Assembly: GCF_006345805.1 (NCBI RefSeq)
Contig: NC_043024.1
Location: 19,220,001-19,284,000 of the forward strand
Length of the DNA stretch: 64,000 nucleotides
Origin: Octopus sinensis
Lineage: Eukaryota
Reading direction: 5' to 3'
In this document: piece by piece, positions 1 to 13,262 of the stretch
Numbering within the stretch: position 1 is the first letter of the stretch
Layout of the letters: each line of letters begins with the position of its first letter
Notes under the pieces: generated by a model
The model's database searches: none
Seen by the model: only the letters and a program-made list of their open reading frames with translations
Told to the model about the DNA's origin: nothing
Translations under genes and position numbers: made by a program

Positions 1-140
1 TGACAGGGAGATGAGGAGACTAGGGCAACAGGAAATGAAGTGTCTTGCTCAAGAACACAACACATTGCACTGGCAAGGAATTGAAACCACTATCTTATGA
101 TCATGAGTCCTACACACTAACCACTAAGCCATGCACCTCC

Positions 141-1012
141 ACATGCATGCATTCATACATACATTCATGCATGCATGCATATATACATACATGCCTACAT
201 GCATGCATGCATATATAGATACATACATGCATGCATGCATATATACATGCATATATACATACATGCCTACATGCATGCATGCATTCATACATACATTCAT
301 GCTGCATGCATATATACATGCATATATACATACATGCCTACATGCATGCACGCATATATAGATACATACATGCATGCATGCATATATACATGCATATATA
401 CATACATGCCTACATGCATGCACGCATATATAGATAGATACATGCATGCATGCATATATACATGCATATATACATACATGCCTACATGCATGCATGCATA
501 TATAGATACATACATGCATGCATGCATATATACATACATGCCTACATGCATGCATGCATATATAGATACATACATGCATGCATGCATATATACATGCATA
601 TATACATACATGCCTACATGCATGCATGCATATATAGATACATACATGCATGCATGCATATATACATGCATATATACATACATGCCTACATGCATGCATG
701 CATATATAGATACATACATGCATGCATACAGACATACATACATGCATACAAAAATACATGCATATAAACATGCATGCATACATACATGCCTACATGCATG
801 AATACATGCATGCATGCATGCTTACATACATACTTGTATACATATAAACATACATGCATGCATGCATACATATATGCCTACATAGATGCATGCATACAAA
901 CATACATACATGCATACATGCCTGCATGCATACATACATACATGCCCACGTGCACATATGCATGCATACATGTATACATACATACATGCATACATAATAT
1001 ATACATACATAC
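141..1012. repeat. Compound ATGC/ATAC/AT microsatellite organised as a ~72-bp higher-order repeat
   Basis: Marker CCTACATG recurs at 194, 266, 337, 409, 481, 541, 613, 685 (period mostly 72 bp); explains all MCHIY-type ORFs here. Confidence 0.9.
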
Positions 1013-1282
1013 ATCCATCAGCAAGTCTACATCTCCCAGTAAGCAGCACAGGATCAGTTTCGTTGGTTTCTCTTGCATATATTCCTTCCTCCCTGGATGG
1101 GATGCTAGTCCTTCACAGGATGACTCATTTTTAGCAGCTGAGTGGACTGGAGCAACATGAAACAAAATATTTTGCTCACGAACACAACACATTATCCAGG
1201 CAGGAATCGAAACCACAATCTTACGATCATGAGTCCCACAGCCTCACCACTAAGCCATGCTCCTCTACTTTTGTGGTTATTA

Positions 1283-1491
1283 CTCTTTACTCTTTTACTT
1301 GTTTCAGTCATTTGACTGTGGCCATGCTAGAGCACCGCCTTTTAGTCGAGTAAATTGATCCCAGGACTTATTCTTTGTAAGCCCAGTACTTATTCTATCG
1401 GTCTCTTTTGCCGAACTGCTAAGTTACGGGGATGTAAACACACCAGCATCGGTTGTCAAGCGATGTTGGGGGGATAAACACAGACACACAA

Positions 1492-1523
<32 letters not shown>

Positions 1524-2010
1524 GCATATATACGACGGGCTTCTTTCAGTTTCCGTCTACCAAATCCACTCACAAGTCTTTGGTCGGCCCGAGACTATAG
1601 TAGAAGACACTTGCCCAAGGTGCCACACGGTGGGACTGAACCCGGAACCATGTGGGTGGTAAGCAAGGTACTTTTATTCATTAAATTTGCCATGAAGGCA
1701 GTACATAGATGTAGCTCTGTGGGCTGGACGTAGACATTGATGGAACGAAGGTGGTGATGGGACGAAGACAAAAGCGCCAGCCAACTTCCACTTCTCTAAG
1801 ACAATGTTCTTTTTTCAAAAAACTCAAAAAGACACAAAATTTCACAAAAGTCACAATGAGGCAATGAACCTCTTTCTCAATATGATACAATTTTTCTTTT
1901 TTAAAAACATTCAAAAAGTTCAAGTCACCCGGCCGGCCAGGCGCTCTTGCTTCATTGAAGCACTCACTCGTTTCCTGGCCAGACCACTTACCACACAGCC
2001 ACTCCTACAC
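1283..2010 (-). mobile_element. SINE family A (tRNA head + CORE-like box + internal TA/CA microsatellite + (TAAAAGAG)n tail), interrupted by a 312-bp insertion
   Basis: Matches the many in-window copies; head broken at 1673 and resumed at 1986 (ACTTACCACACAGCCACTCC). Confidence 0.85.
1674..1985 (-). mobile_element. Probable 5'-truncated retroposon 3' end inserted in a SINE head
   Basis: Flanked by ACTT direct repeats (1670-1673, 1986-1989); AATAAA at the minus-strand 3' junction; family not identified. Confidence 0.5.
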
Positions 2011-2635
2011 CTATTGTCTTTTTTTTCATGTTTTCACTTTTGACTTTTTTTTGCTTTCCTTTTTTGTTTTCCTTATGATCTTGCTCTTGTCTTATTGTTG
2101 TTGTTGTTGTTGTCCTTATTATTGCAGTTGTTGTGGCTACATAATTGTTGTTAGAATTCTTGGTTAATTTTTTTTGCGGGGGGGGGGGGACACACACACA
2201 TTTTTCTTGTTATTTTACCTGTTGTTGTTGTTGTGTCTGATGTTGTTCTTGTTGTTGTTTTCACCTTTGTTATTCTTCTTTTCGTTCTTGCTCTTGTTGT
2301 TGTTGTTGTTGTTTTTGCTTTTGCTATTCTCGTTCTTGTTGTCACTCTTGGTGTTTTCGCTTTTGTTGTTCTTATTTATGTTGTTGTTGTTGTTTTGGCT
2401 GCAGTCTTATTTCCATTGCTGCTGATTTTATTGTTGCTGCTGCTACTGGTGCTGCTGCCACAGAAAATGTTAAAGAAAAACGAGATAATGCTACAATTCC
2501 ATAAAATATATTTGCATACAACATGATATATTTCAAATCAGTAAAACTCTAAGAAAAAAAAAAAATAACCATTTCTTCCTCACCCCTTCCAACACCACCA
2601 CCACCACCACCATCGCCACCACCGCCACCGCACAC

Positions 2636-2680
2636 CTTCTGTGTCTTGTATTACTTTTGAAAGACTTCTAAGCTTCCTTG
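2636..2680 (-). CDS. Candidate 45-nt internal exon, unknown protein (RKLRSLSKVIQDTE)
   Basis: Acceptor tttctccattcactgcag, donor GTGTGC; only one open frame, and it is in phase with the candidate exon 2749-2854. Confidence 0.25.
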
Positions 2681-2748
2681 CTGCAGTGAATGGAGAAATT
2701 GATAAACACAGATCTTCATAAATTAAAGAAAATTTTACTGTAACTCAC

Positions 2749-2854
2749 ATCTACTTCGATTTCCCATCATTAGTGGTATATTTAAGACATATGTCGCTCT
2801 GCAAGGCAACCTAAGCAACTTCATAAGACCCCAAGTAAATAAATATCCTGGGCC
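2749..2854 (-). CDS. Candidate 106-nt exon, unknown protein (GPGYLFTWGLMKLLRLPCRATYVLNIPLMMGNRSR)
   Basis: Acceptor aattttatag, donor GTGAGT; single open frame; 68-bp intron to the next candidate. Confidence 0.25.
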
Positions 2855-3724
2855 CTATAAAATTTATTTATTGACACAAAAAACCACAGCATAGAACATC
2901 GTCATCATCATTATGTTTATCATCATGACTTAATAGCTGTTTCCATGCTGGTATGAGTTGAATTGTTCAACAGGAGCTGGCTAGCTGCAGAGCTGCACCA
3001 GCTCTTGTAGAAGTATTTGCCTGTTTTAGCATGGTTTTTCTACACCTGGGTGCCCTTCCTAATGCCAACCACTTTACAGAGTGTGCTGGGAGCATTTTAC
3101 ATGGCAGTTAGAGTGTAACAAAGGGACAAAGATAGTTGTTCTACTATAGAGAAGATACATAGCTACCCCAGAAGGACATTGAAGGAGAGGTATTGGGAGA
3201 CGGTAGCAAAGATAGAAAGATGGTCTGAGTGAGAGAGAGAAAAAATAAATGGTGTTGGAGATGTATAGGGGTCTAGCTACAGGGGAAGAGGTGTGTGAGT
3301 ATAAACAGTACAAAGGGGATAGAGGGGGTTATCATTCTAAAAATAAGCAATCATGTCATTGAAATCTCAAAGCTATGGGATAATTCATGATTAATTTGAA
3401 TCAATGTGAATAAATAAGGGTTACTTTTGAGTTGACAGAGAAACCTGAGAAAGAAAGACAGAATGGTCTAAAAGGAACAGGAGGAGAGATGTGGAAGGGA
3501 GAGTCACTGAAGAGGTCAGAGGTGTGTGATGAAAGATTTAAGATAAAGGACACTAAAATAAGAATAGTAATAAAAGTGAGGTTAAGAATGAACATCATGC
3601 TGTGAACCTCTATGTGTTGAGTTCAAGTCTTATCATGGTTAATATTGCCTTTCATCCTACAGGGGCTCACAAACGTAATGCCAGGTTTGTACTGGAGTGG
3701 TGGTTTTGTGGGAGGGGGATCAGG

Positions 3725-3756
<32 letters not shown>

Positions 3757-3867
3757 CTTCTTCATCCCTGGAAGAAATCAATGATGATGACTGTTGTATG
3801 GTGGTGACAGTGATAGTGGTAGTCATAGTGATCATAGTGGTGGTGATAATGATGGTGTGGGTGAAAT

Positions 3868-4240
3868 GCTTAGCGGTATTTCGTCCACCGCTACGTTCTG
3901 AGTTCAAATTCTGCTGAGGTTGACTTTGCCTTTCATCCTTTCGGGGTCGATTAAATAAGTACCAGTTATGCACTGGGGTCGATATAATTGACTTAATCGG
4001 TTAGTCTGTCCTTGTTTGTCTCCTCTGTGTTTAGCCTCTTGTGGGTAGTAAAGAAATAGGTATTTCGTCTGTCTTTATGTTCTGAGTTCAAATTCCACCG
4101 AGGTTGACTTTGCCTTTCATCCTTTTGGGGTCGATTAAATAAGTACCAGTTATGCACTGGGGTCGATGTAATCGACTTAATCCATGTGTCTGTCCTTGTT
4201 TGTCCCCTCTGTGTGTAGCCCCTTGTGGGTAGTAAGGAAA
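3868..4240 (+). mobile_element. SINE family B (B-box GAGTTCAAATTC, Meta-like domain GCCTTTCATCCTTTCGGGGTCGATTAAATAAGTACCAG), two tandem body units
   Basis: Homologous to the full copy at 36335-36572. Confidence 0.85.
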
Positions 4241-4944
4241 TAAGATAATGATGGTGATGATGGTGATGATGAGGATATTGATGGCTGGTAGTGACAGAGC
4301 TGAAAATGATTATGATGGTAATGATGATGATGATGTCGATAACAATGATTATAATAATGGTGACAATGGCAACAGTGATGATGATGATGATTATTATGAT
4401 AGTGGTGGTGATGGTGGTGGTGGTGGTGATGGCGATATTGATAATAATGAAGTCAGTGATGACAATGGTAAAGGTGATGGTGATAGCAATGATGATGATG
4501 ATGATAACGATGATGATGAGGATGACACTGAATGCCAATAGCAACGATGCTAGTCGTGATGACACCAGCAAAAAACAATAACAACAATCACAGCAACAAT
4601 ACGAAGTCGAATCGAATGGTGCCAAAGTTTAAATTTGGAAACATTTCGAGAGGAGAGAAAGAAAAAAAAACAATAAATAAATGAAAAAAACAATAAATAG
4701 ATAAATAAATAAATAAATGTGTAAAAGAAAGGAAATGAAAAGAAAAGCGAAGGAAAGCAAAGCACAGGTTTGCTCCATGTGGAGACGAAAGACAAAAAGA
4801 AAGAACTGAAGAGAAAAAGCAAAGTCTTGAAAATCCGGAATTGTCAATTGTTAACGGATATTTTTTTATTTCGTTGTTCTTCCCATTACTGTTTCAGGAA
4901 ATAATTCACTTGCTCACTCTCTCACCCTCCGCCCACCTCTCTCT

Positions 4945-5203
4945 CTCACTGTCTATCCCTTTTTATCTCTCTCTCACTCTCTATCTCTTTTTCTCTCTCT
5001 CGCTCTCTATCTCTCTCTTGCTAGCTATCTATCTGTCTGTCTGTCTGTCTGTTTATCTATCTATCTCTCTATCCATCCATCCATCAGTCTGTCTGTCTGT
5101 TTGTTTGTCTCTCTGTCTATCTCTCTATCTATCTCTCTATCTCTCTGTCTATCTCTCTCTCTATCTATCTATCTGTCTGTCTGTCTATCTGTCTGTTTGT
5201 CTA

Positions 5204-5236
<33 letters not shown>

Positions 5237-5347
5237 TTGTCTGTCTGTCTGTCTGTCTATCTGTTTGTCTGTCTGTATGTCTGTCTGTCTGTCTGTCTTT
5301 CTGTCTATCTGTCTGTCTGTTTATCTCTTTATCTATCTATCTATCTA

Positions 5348-5386
<39 letters not shown>

Positions 5387-5451
5387 TCTATTGGGTTGTC
5401 TGCCTATCTTTCTGACTGTACATCTGTTTCTTTCTCTTTTCTTCATAAACA

Positions 5452-5486
<35 letters not shown>

Positions 5487-5827
5487 CCTCTCTCTGCATC
5501 TTTCTTTCTCCATAACAGTTGCTCTCTTTCACTCACCTTCACTCAAAGAAACAACTAGCAAGATCTTAAAGCGATTCCATCTGTTTATTTCTACATCTTT
5601 TCTAGCTGTTCATGTCTGATCTGATATGGTGCCATCCATCTACATAGATATCCACCTATCAATATGTAAGTCTGTCACTGACTGACAGATCAATTGTCCA
5701 TTCGCCTATCCATCCATTTACTTCTCTTCATATCTCTATCTTGATATCAATCAATCAATCAATCAGTCAATCAATTTATTTATTTATTTATTTATTTATC
5801 TATCTATCTACCTACTATTTCTGTCTG

Positions 5828-5902
<75 letters not shown>

Positions 5903-6062
5903 ATCTATTAATCATCTATCTGTCTATATATCTATTTATTTATCTATCTATCTATCTATCTATCGATCTCTATCTATCTATCTATCTACCTACCTACCAT
6001 TTCTGTCTGTCTATCTATCTTTCTATCTATTTAATCATCTATCTGTCTATATATCTATTTAT

Positions 6063-6119
<57 letters not shown>

Positions 6120-6260
6120 GATCTCTATCTATCTATCTACCTACCTACCATTTCTGTCTGTCTATCTATCTATCTTTCTATCTATCTCTATCTATCTATC
6201 TTTCTATCTATTTAATCATCTATCTGTCTATATATCTATCTATCTACCTCTCTATCAATT

Positions 6261-6310
<50 letters not shown>
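4945..6310. repeat. CT/CTAT/CTGT compound microsatellites, with a ~125-bp higher-order unit at 5.9-6.25 kb and a (CA)n end
   Basis: Direct reading; AATCATCTATCTGTCTATATATCTAT recurs three times. Confidence 0.9.
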
Positions 6311-6472
6311 ACATACATATTATTTACTTAAAGGGCACAATACATGTATTACATGTATTTAAGTGCTATTAGTAGTTTCATATGTTCAGCAATGCTCAAA
6401 CATATTCTTCAGATGCAAACCACAATAAACATAACGAACTAAAAAGACTTAATAGAAGAAGCAGAACAGTAC

Positions 6473-6514
<42 letters not shown>

Positions 6515-6717
6515 TAAATATGGGGGTAATAAATAAAAATATTTATTAACAGTAGTTAGCATGTGTAATAAATGAGATAAGACGTAACATACTATTAAAT
6601 ATAAGAGTGTATAAAGATTTATACACAGAGGAGACTCTTGATAGGACTCCCTATATGCGAAAAAGGGCAGTTAAATTCCAAACTGTGAAAAAAGAATTGA
6701 TAAGCCACGCTGTTGAT

Positions 6718-6959
6718 GACACTAGAGCGAACAAAAAATGAATTAGTTAATCCTGTACTCAAGTTTCACTATTAATCCATAATGGATGAAGGTGTAGCTG
6801 TCTTGTGCACGTGTTTTCAGTATGTATTGAAACCACATAATTATGTATCCATTAGCAATCCTGCTGAAGATCAACAGATACCAAATTAATTTATTTGGCT
6901 ATTGATAGTGAAACTCGAGTACAGGATTAACTAATTCATATTTTGTTCACTCTAGTGTC
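6718..6959. mobile_element. MITE-like element with ~59-bp terminal inverted repeats
   Basis: 6718-6776 is the near-perfect reverse complement of 6901-6959. Confidence 0.75.
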
Positions 6960-7089
6960 CTTAACCACGTGCCTCATGAAATTTTTTCGTAGTTTGAGAT
7001 TTAACTGCCCTTTTTAGCATGTAAGGTGTCCCAGCAAGGGTCTCCTCTCTCTATATAAATCTTTATACATTCCTTTATATATATATATG

Positions 7090-7450
7090 TATCATCATCA
7101 TCATTGTTTAACGTCTGCTTTCCATGCTGGCACAGAGGCTGCACAAGGCTCAATCTAATCTGGCAAAGTTTCAACAGCTGGATGCCCTTCCTAACGCCAA
7201 CCACTCCAAGAGTGTAGTGGGTACTTTTTACGTGCCACCGGCACGATGGCCAGTCAGGAAGTTCTGGCAATGACCATGCTCAAAATATGATTTTTACGTG
7301 CTACCTGCATGGGAGCCAGTCCGGTGGTACTGGCAACAACCATACTCAAATGTTGTTTTTCACATGCCACTGTCACATGAGCTGGAAAGGCAATGCTGGT
7401 AATGCTCATGCTCGAATGGTGCTTTCCATGTGCCACTGGAACAGGAGCCA
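7090..7450 (-). mobile_element. SINE family C (62-bp VNTR + AGGAAGGGCATCC motif + RTE-like (GAT)n tail), degenerate
   Basis: Reverse complement of the 17349-18435 type. Confidence 0.7.
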
Positions 7451-8014
7451 ATCCATGGCCCTGGGAACAATAAATATAAATAAATAAATATATATATATA
7501 TATAATCAAAATAAACAACAAGAATAACTTCAGTAATTGGTACGATCGTTTCACGCTACATCATTTTATTAAATGTTGGAAGTGTTACAACAGTTTTAAA
7601 ATGCTGAGCACTCATCTGCCATTAATAGAGGTTTTCCATTAATATATAATTTTCATATCAAGTGATAACATTATAGAGAAGGTAGATATATAGACAAAGA
7701 TGTGGATTTAAATTTTAAGAACATTTGAGGTAGTGGAGTTTATCAACTGACTGAAGAATATTCAGTTGTTTTGAACTGCTAGGTTTTGAGAAGAATGAAC
7801 AATTGAAAGGAGACAAGAAAGATTTTCTATTTATAGAAATAGGGGTGAAAGAGATGTCAAAGTTCTATATAAAGAAATTTCAGTAGAGAGAGAAGGGTTG
7901 TCACACTACAGATGCCAATTACTACTATTTGGTAAACAGATTTAGCATTAGGAAAACTAGGTTAATGTAAAATGGTTACAATGACCACTCAGAGAATGGT
8001 TATTTATTAGACGT

Positions 8015-8385
8015 GTGGCATGTAAAAGCACCCACTACACTCAAGGAGTGGTTGGCATTAGGAAGGGCATCAAGCCGTAAAAACACTGCCAGATCAGACT
8101 GGAGTCTGGTGCAGCCTCCTGGCTTCCTAGACCCTGGTTGAACTGTCCAACCCATGCTGGCATGGAAAACGGACGTTACACGATGATGATGATGATTATG
8201 ATGATGATGATACATATATACGACGAGCTTCTTTCAGTTTCCGTCTACCAAATCCACTCACAAGGCTTTGGTTGGCCTGAGGATATAGTAGAAGATACTT
8301 GCCCAAGGTGCCATGCAGTGGGACTGAACCTGGAACCATGCGGTTGGTAAGCAAGCTACTTACCACACAGCTATTCCTACGCCTA
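8015..8385. mobile_element. Family C 3' end (+) adjoining a family A head (-)
   Basis: GGCATTAGGAAGGGCATC...GCATGGAAAACGGACG(GAT)n followed by the reverse-strand SINE A head. Confidence 0.75.
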
Positions 8386-8994
8386 TGTGTGTGTATACAA
8401 GTGTCTATTGAAGACCGAAGTGTGTCCGTTGCTGCCAATTTGTCAGCATGCAAAGATCAAGCTACTTGCTACTGACCATAAAAAGTTTCATTACCCTTTG
8501 AAGGGTCATTTTGATAATAAAACATGCATGTTGATTATAGCTCATGTCTTTATTTTTAACGACTCTATTAATTATTTATTAGTTTGTTTGAATTATGCAA
8601 ACAAACCAAGCAATAATTAAAGGATTCGTTAGCAAAAATGAAATAAATGAATGTTTAATTTAAACCAGTGCTGGTGGTTTTATTGACTGAGTGACCTTTG
8701 AAAATATAAAGGAATGTGGTTTAAAGTGTGTGCTAGCATTAAAATATCTTTCACAACAAAGAACAAGGGTTGGCTGTGTGGTTAAATGCTTTGCTTCATA
8801 ATTGGAGGTTTTGTGTTCAATCCTATGGTGGGGTACTGTGGGCAAGTGCTTTGTGAGTGTACTTGGTAGATGGAAACTGTGTAGAAGCCCATAATGCATG
8901 TCCACACATACTCCCATATGTATATTTGAATATGTGTGTGTGTTTGCATGTGAGTGTGTGTGTCTGTGTGTGTGCGTGTCATAACACCTTGTGA

Positions 8995-9235
8995 TAGATT
9001 TAATTTGCTATTATTGTCATGATTGCTGTCATTGTTGTCATCACAACCAGCAGTGTTGCTATTGGCTTTGTCATCATCATCATCATCATGACCATCATTA
9101 TCATCATCATTATCACCAACATCATCACCATAGCTATTGTCACCATTATCATCATCATCGTCATCATCATCATCATCACCAAAATCACTATCATCATCAT
9201 CATCATCATCATCATCACCATCATCATCCTCATCG

Positions 9236-9286
<51 letters not shown>

Positions 9287-9303
9287 CCATTATCATCATC
9301 ATC

Positions 9304-9335
<32 letters not shown>

Positions 9336-9800
9336 CATTATCATCATCATTATCACCATCATCATCACCATCGGTATTGTCACCATTATCATCATCATCA
9401 TCATCATCATCACCAAAATCACCATCATCACCATTGCTATTGTCACCATTATCATCATCATCGTCATCATCATCGCTATATTCACCATCAACTTCATCAT
9501 CATCAACTGCATCATCATCATCAACTTCATCATCATCATCATCATCGTCATCATCACCATCAGCTTCATCATCATTGTCATTGTCGTCATCACATTATCT
9601 TCTTCATCATCATCATCACCATCATCAATATTGTCATCATCACCATCATCAATATTGTCATCATCACTATCAGCTTCATCATCATTGCTATCATCGTCAT
9701 GACATTATCATCAACATCATCATCATCACCACTATTGTTACCATCAAATTTATCCTCATCACCATAATCATCATCATTCTCCTCATCACCATCATGATCC
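8995..9800. repeat. (CAT)n-rich trinucleotide tract
   Basis: Source of the poly-H/I/S/M ORFs. Confidence 0.95.
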
Positions 9801-10185
9801 ATTATTGTTACTTGCTTCTTATTCCTTAATCTCCACCTCACTCACTTAAGAGGTTCTTATATTGCAGGTATTTGATGACCTCGCTGGTGCCAATGCCATG
9901 TAAAAGGAAGCACCCAGGGCACTCTGTGGAATGGTTGGAATTGGGAAGGGCATCTGGTAGTAGAAACCATGGCAAATTGGACATAGAAACTAGCAGGGAT
10001 CCCTGGCCCCTCCCCTCATGTTGAACCATCCAACCCATGCCAGCATAGAAAAGGGAATGTTAAGTGATGATGATTGATACATGCATGTAATGGCTGTGTA
10101 TATACATAATATATACACAGCCATGTATGTATGCATGTATGTATGTATGTTTGTTTTTATGTATGCATATGTATGTATGTATTCA

Positions 10186-10221
<36 letters not shown>

Positions 10222-10257
10222 TGTATGTATGTATGTATGTATGTATGTATGTATTCA

Positions 10258-10288
<31 letters not shown>

Positions 10289-10522
10289 CTGTATGTATGT
10301 ATGCATGCATGTATGTACATAGGAAGATTGATAGATGGTGCCTGCTTATTACAATTACGGATAATGTTATCAACCCACTTAATATTATCAAAATCAATGG
10401 GACACCAAACACTCTGCTTAGTGTTATCACCACAAAACTTTTATCACAAGTGTTTTGTCTCATGCAGAACTGATCCCAATACATGGTTTTCCTATATAAT
10501 ATTAATGCCTGGGTGTCTTATA

Positions 10523-10565
<43 letters not shown>

Positions 10566-11439
10566 GTGTGTGTGTGTGTGTAAATATATATATGTGTGTG
10601 TGTGTGTGTGTGTAAATATATATATGTGTGTGTGTGTAAATGTATATATATGTGTGTGTGTGTAAATGTATATATGTGTGTGTGTGTAAATATATATATG
10701 CGTATGTGTGTGTGTGTAAATATATATATGCATGTGTGTGTAAATATATATATTTATATATGTTAATCTACATTTATGTGTACACACATACACACATACA
10801 TACATACATATAAAATGCACAATAGAACAAAAGCCAGCTTGCAACACCAAATCTCCAAAGATATCCTGAAGAAGGGGGTCTTAACCCCAAAATATTAAAA
10901 TGCAAAATAAATCTACAAACTGTTGGCTTATCATATTTCTTATAATCTGCATTGATTTGGCATTTGAAAGCAAAACAAAAGAATTATAAGGTTTATATAT
11001 ATATACATGCATGTAAGAATGTATGTATATCTATGTGTGTGCATGCATGTGTGCATGTATATATGCATACATGTATACATATGTATATGTGCATATATAT
11101 ATATATGCACGTGTATATTTATATATATATATATGTCAATATATGTAAATATATATATGCATATATGTGTGTGTGTACATATATATATACATATATATAT
11201 ACAGAGATAGATAGATATGTATATGTATATATGTATATCTATCTATCTGCCTATATATATATATATATAACATTAGGGACTAAAGCCATCTGAATATGGC
11301 TAGGGACAGGGCAGGGTGGTGGGGGTGTTACTGTTGCATTTAGCCCCAGGCGAACATCGACGTCACCAGAAAGGCCCGACACCGTCACGGTGTCCTTTAA
11401 CCTGCAAAGGGAGGTAATTCCCCGATGAAGCGGAAACCA

Positions 11440-11484
11440 CACACGGACCATGGTTTCAAGGTGTATTGCCTATCGTCGGCGTGT
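11440..11484 (-). ncRNA. Mirror copy of the hammerhead motif on the minus strand
   Basis: Exact inverted copy of 11554-11598; stem I shortened to 5 bp. Confidence 0.6.
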
Positions 11485-11552
11485 ATTTTGCTTGAAAATC
11501 TATATATGAATATCTTGCAGAGTGAGGATTCGTCGAGGAGGCGGAAGCCTAC

Positions 11553-11598
11553 CACACGCCGACGATAGGCAATACACCTTGAAACCATGGTCCGTGTG
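11553..11598 (+). ncRNA. Type I hammerhead ribozyme motif (U4C core variant)
   Basis: Stem I CACACG/CGTGTG; core CCGACGA; stem II TAGG/CCTT; GAAA; palindromic stem III ACCATGGT; GUC cleavage triplet (C17 = 11592). Confidence 0.65.
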
Positions 11599-11892
11599 TG
11601 GTTTCCGCTTCATCGGGGAATTACCTCCCTTTGCAGGTTAAAGGACACCGTGACGGTGTCGGGCCTTTCTGGTGACGTCGATGTTCGCCTGGGGCTAAAT
11701 GCAACAGTAACACCCCCACCACCCTGCCCTGTCCCTAGCCATATTCAGATGGCTTTAGTCCCTTATGTTATCGAGCAGTTACTGTCTATATCTCTTTTAG
11801 AGAATTATTATTGCTATATATATATATATATATATATATAGGTAGATAGATAGATATATATATATACACATATATATTCATATCTATCTATC

Positions 11893-11929
<37 letters not shown>

Positions 11930-12830
11930 TAATGTTTGCCTTTACGTTCAGCTATAATAAAATACAATGCTGCTTTGAACCAATTGGTTTCTCTATAGTT
12001 TTGTAGAGAACAAATTCATTATTCTTACTGAAGAATGTCGTTGACAGTGATTTCAAAATTTCACCCAGCAATCATTGGACGAGCTTAGCAGGTTGAAAGT
12101 TCAGTTAGTGAAACAAGTAAAAAAATAAAACACACACACACACACACACTAAAACACACATACATGTGTGCACACATACAGACATATGTATATATATATA
12201 TATTATATATATATATGTAAAATGTCTTATTGATGAGTTTTATTTCTTCATTTCCCTGAAGAGAAGATTACATTGTTTTACACCATTTTATTCCTTTGGA
12301 ATAATACCAGTGATATCTTCGAAACATGTGTTGGAAGTAAAAGAATTTGAATTACACCTGCATTAAACTCCATTTATTTATTTATACATATTATACAAAA
12401 AAATTTCACAGAAACCCAAAGTTTTTACATTTAAAAACAAGGAGTTACAACCTCTTTACTTGTGTGATTTTTTGCTACGCTGATAACTATTTACCTATTT
12501 TCTCCGTGTTAAATGTTAACAAGGGAAAACTACACAGATCTATTTATATATATATATATATATAAACACACGCAAACACACACACGTATACATATGTATA
12601 TATAAAAGCATAACTAAAGGATAAAATCATTAGAATTAATGAATTTTATCAGTGGCCAGCAGATTAAAAAAAACCTTTTAGGTAAAATATGGAATGAATA
12701 GTTGAAGGGGTTGGACATGTTTGGCGTCTCCTTTCAACATATAGGTATGATAGCTTTTGTACCTTTAAATATAATTGTATTCTGTATAGTTATATATCTT
12801 TATACATATACATAGATACACACACGCACA

Positions 12831-12980
12831 GTGTGGTAAGTAGCTTGCTTATGAACCACATGGTTCCGGGTTCAGTCCCACTGCGTGGCACCTTGGGCAT
12901 GTGTCTTCTACTATAGCCTCGGGCCGACCAATGCCTTGTGAGTGGATTTGGTAGACAGAAACTGAAAGAAGCCCGTCGTA

Positions 12981-13022
<42 letters not shown>

Positions 13023-13229
13023 AATGTGTTTGTGTGTCTGTGTTTGTTCCCCCACCATCGCTTGACAACCAATGCTGGTGTGTTTACGTCCCCGTCACTT
13101 AGCGGTTCGGCAAAAGAGACCGATAGAATAAGTACTAGGCTTACAATGAATAAGTCCCAGGGTCGATTTGCTTGACTAAAGGCGGTGCTCCAGCATGGCC
13201 GCAGTCAAATGACTGAAACAAGTAAAAGA

Positions 13230-13232
<3 letters not shown>
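12831..13232 (+). mobile_element. SINE family A, near full length
   Basis: Head with B-box GGTTCAGTCCC, CORE-like GGCACCTTGGGCATGTGTCTT, internal (TA)n(GT)n, tail GTAAAAGAGTA. Confidence 0.9.

Positions 13233-13262
<30 letters not shown>

Larger units (their letters stand above)
11268..11814. mobile_element. Penelope-like/retrozyme-like foldback element: 217-bp inverted arms, 69-nt loop, 44-bp unpaired 3' tail, embedded in (TA)n
   Basis: 11268-11484 vs 11554-11770 differ at one base; carries an HHR motif; tail ...AGAGAATTATTATTGC matches the 3' end of the 52-kb element. Confidence 0.8.

Noticed and set aside
1681-1800. Possible terminal exon on the minus strand with AATAAA
   Set aside because: It lies inside an insert that splits a SINE with a target duplication.
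10330-10484. Transmembrane-like ORF FVVITLSRVFGVPLILIILSGLITLSVIV
   Set aside because: No clear splice boundaries, three frames open across both strands, flanked by microsatellites; not supportable without RNA data.
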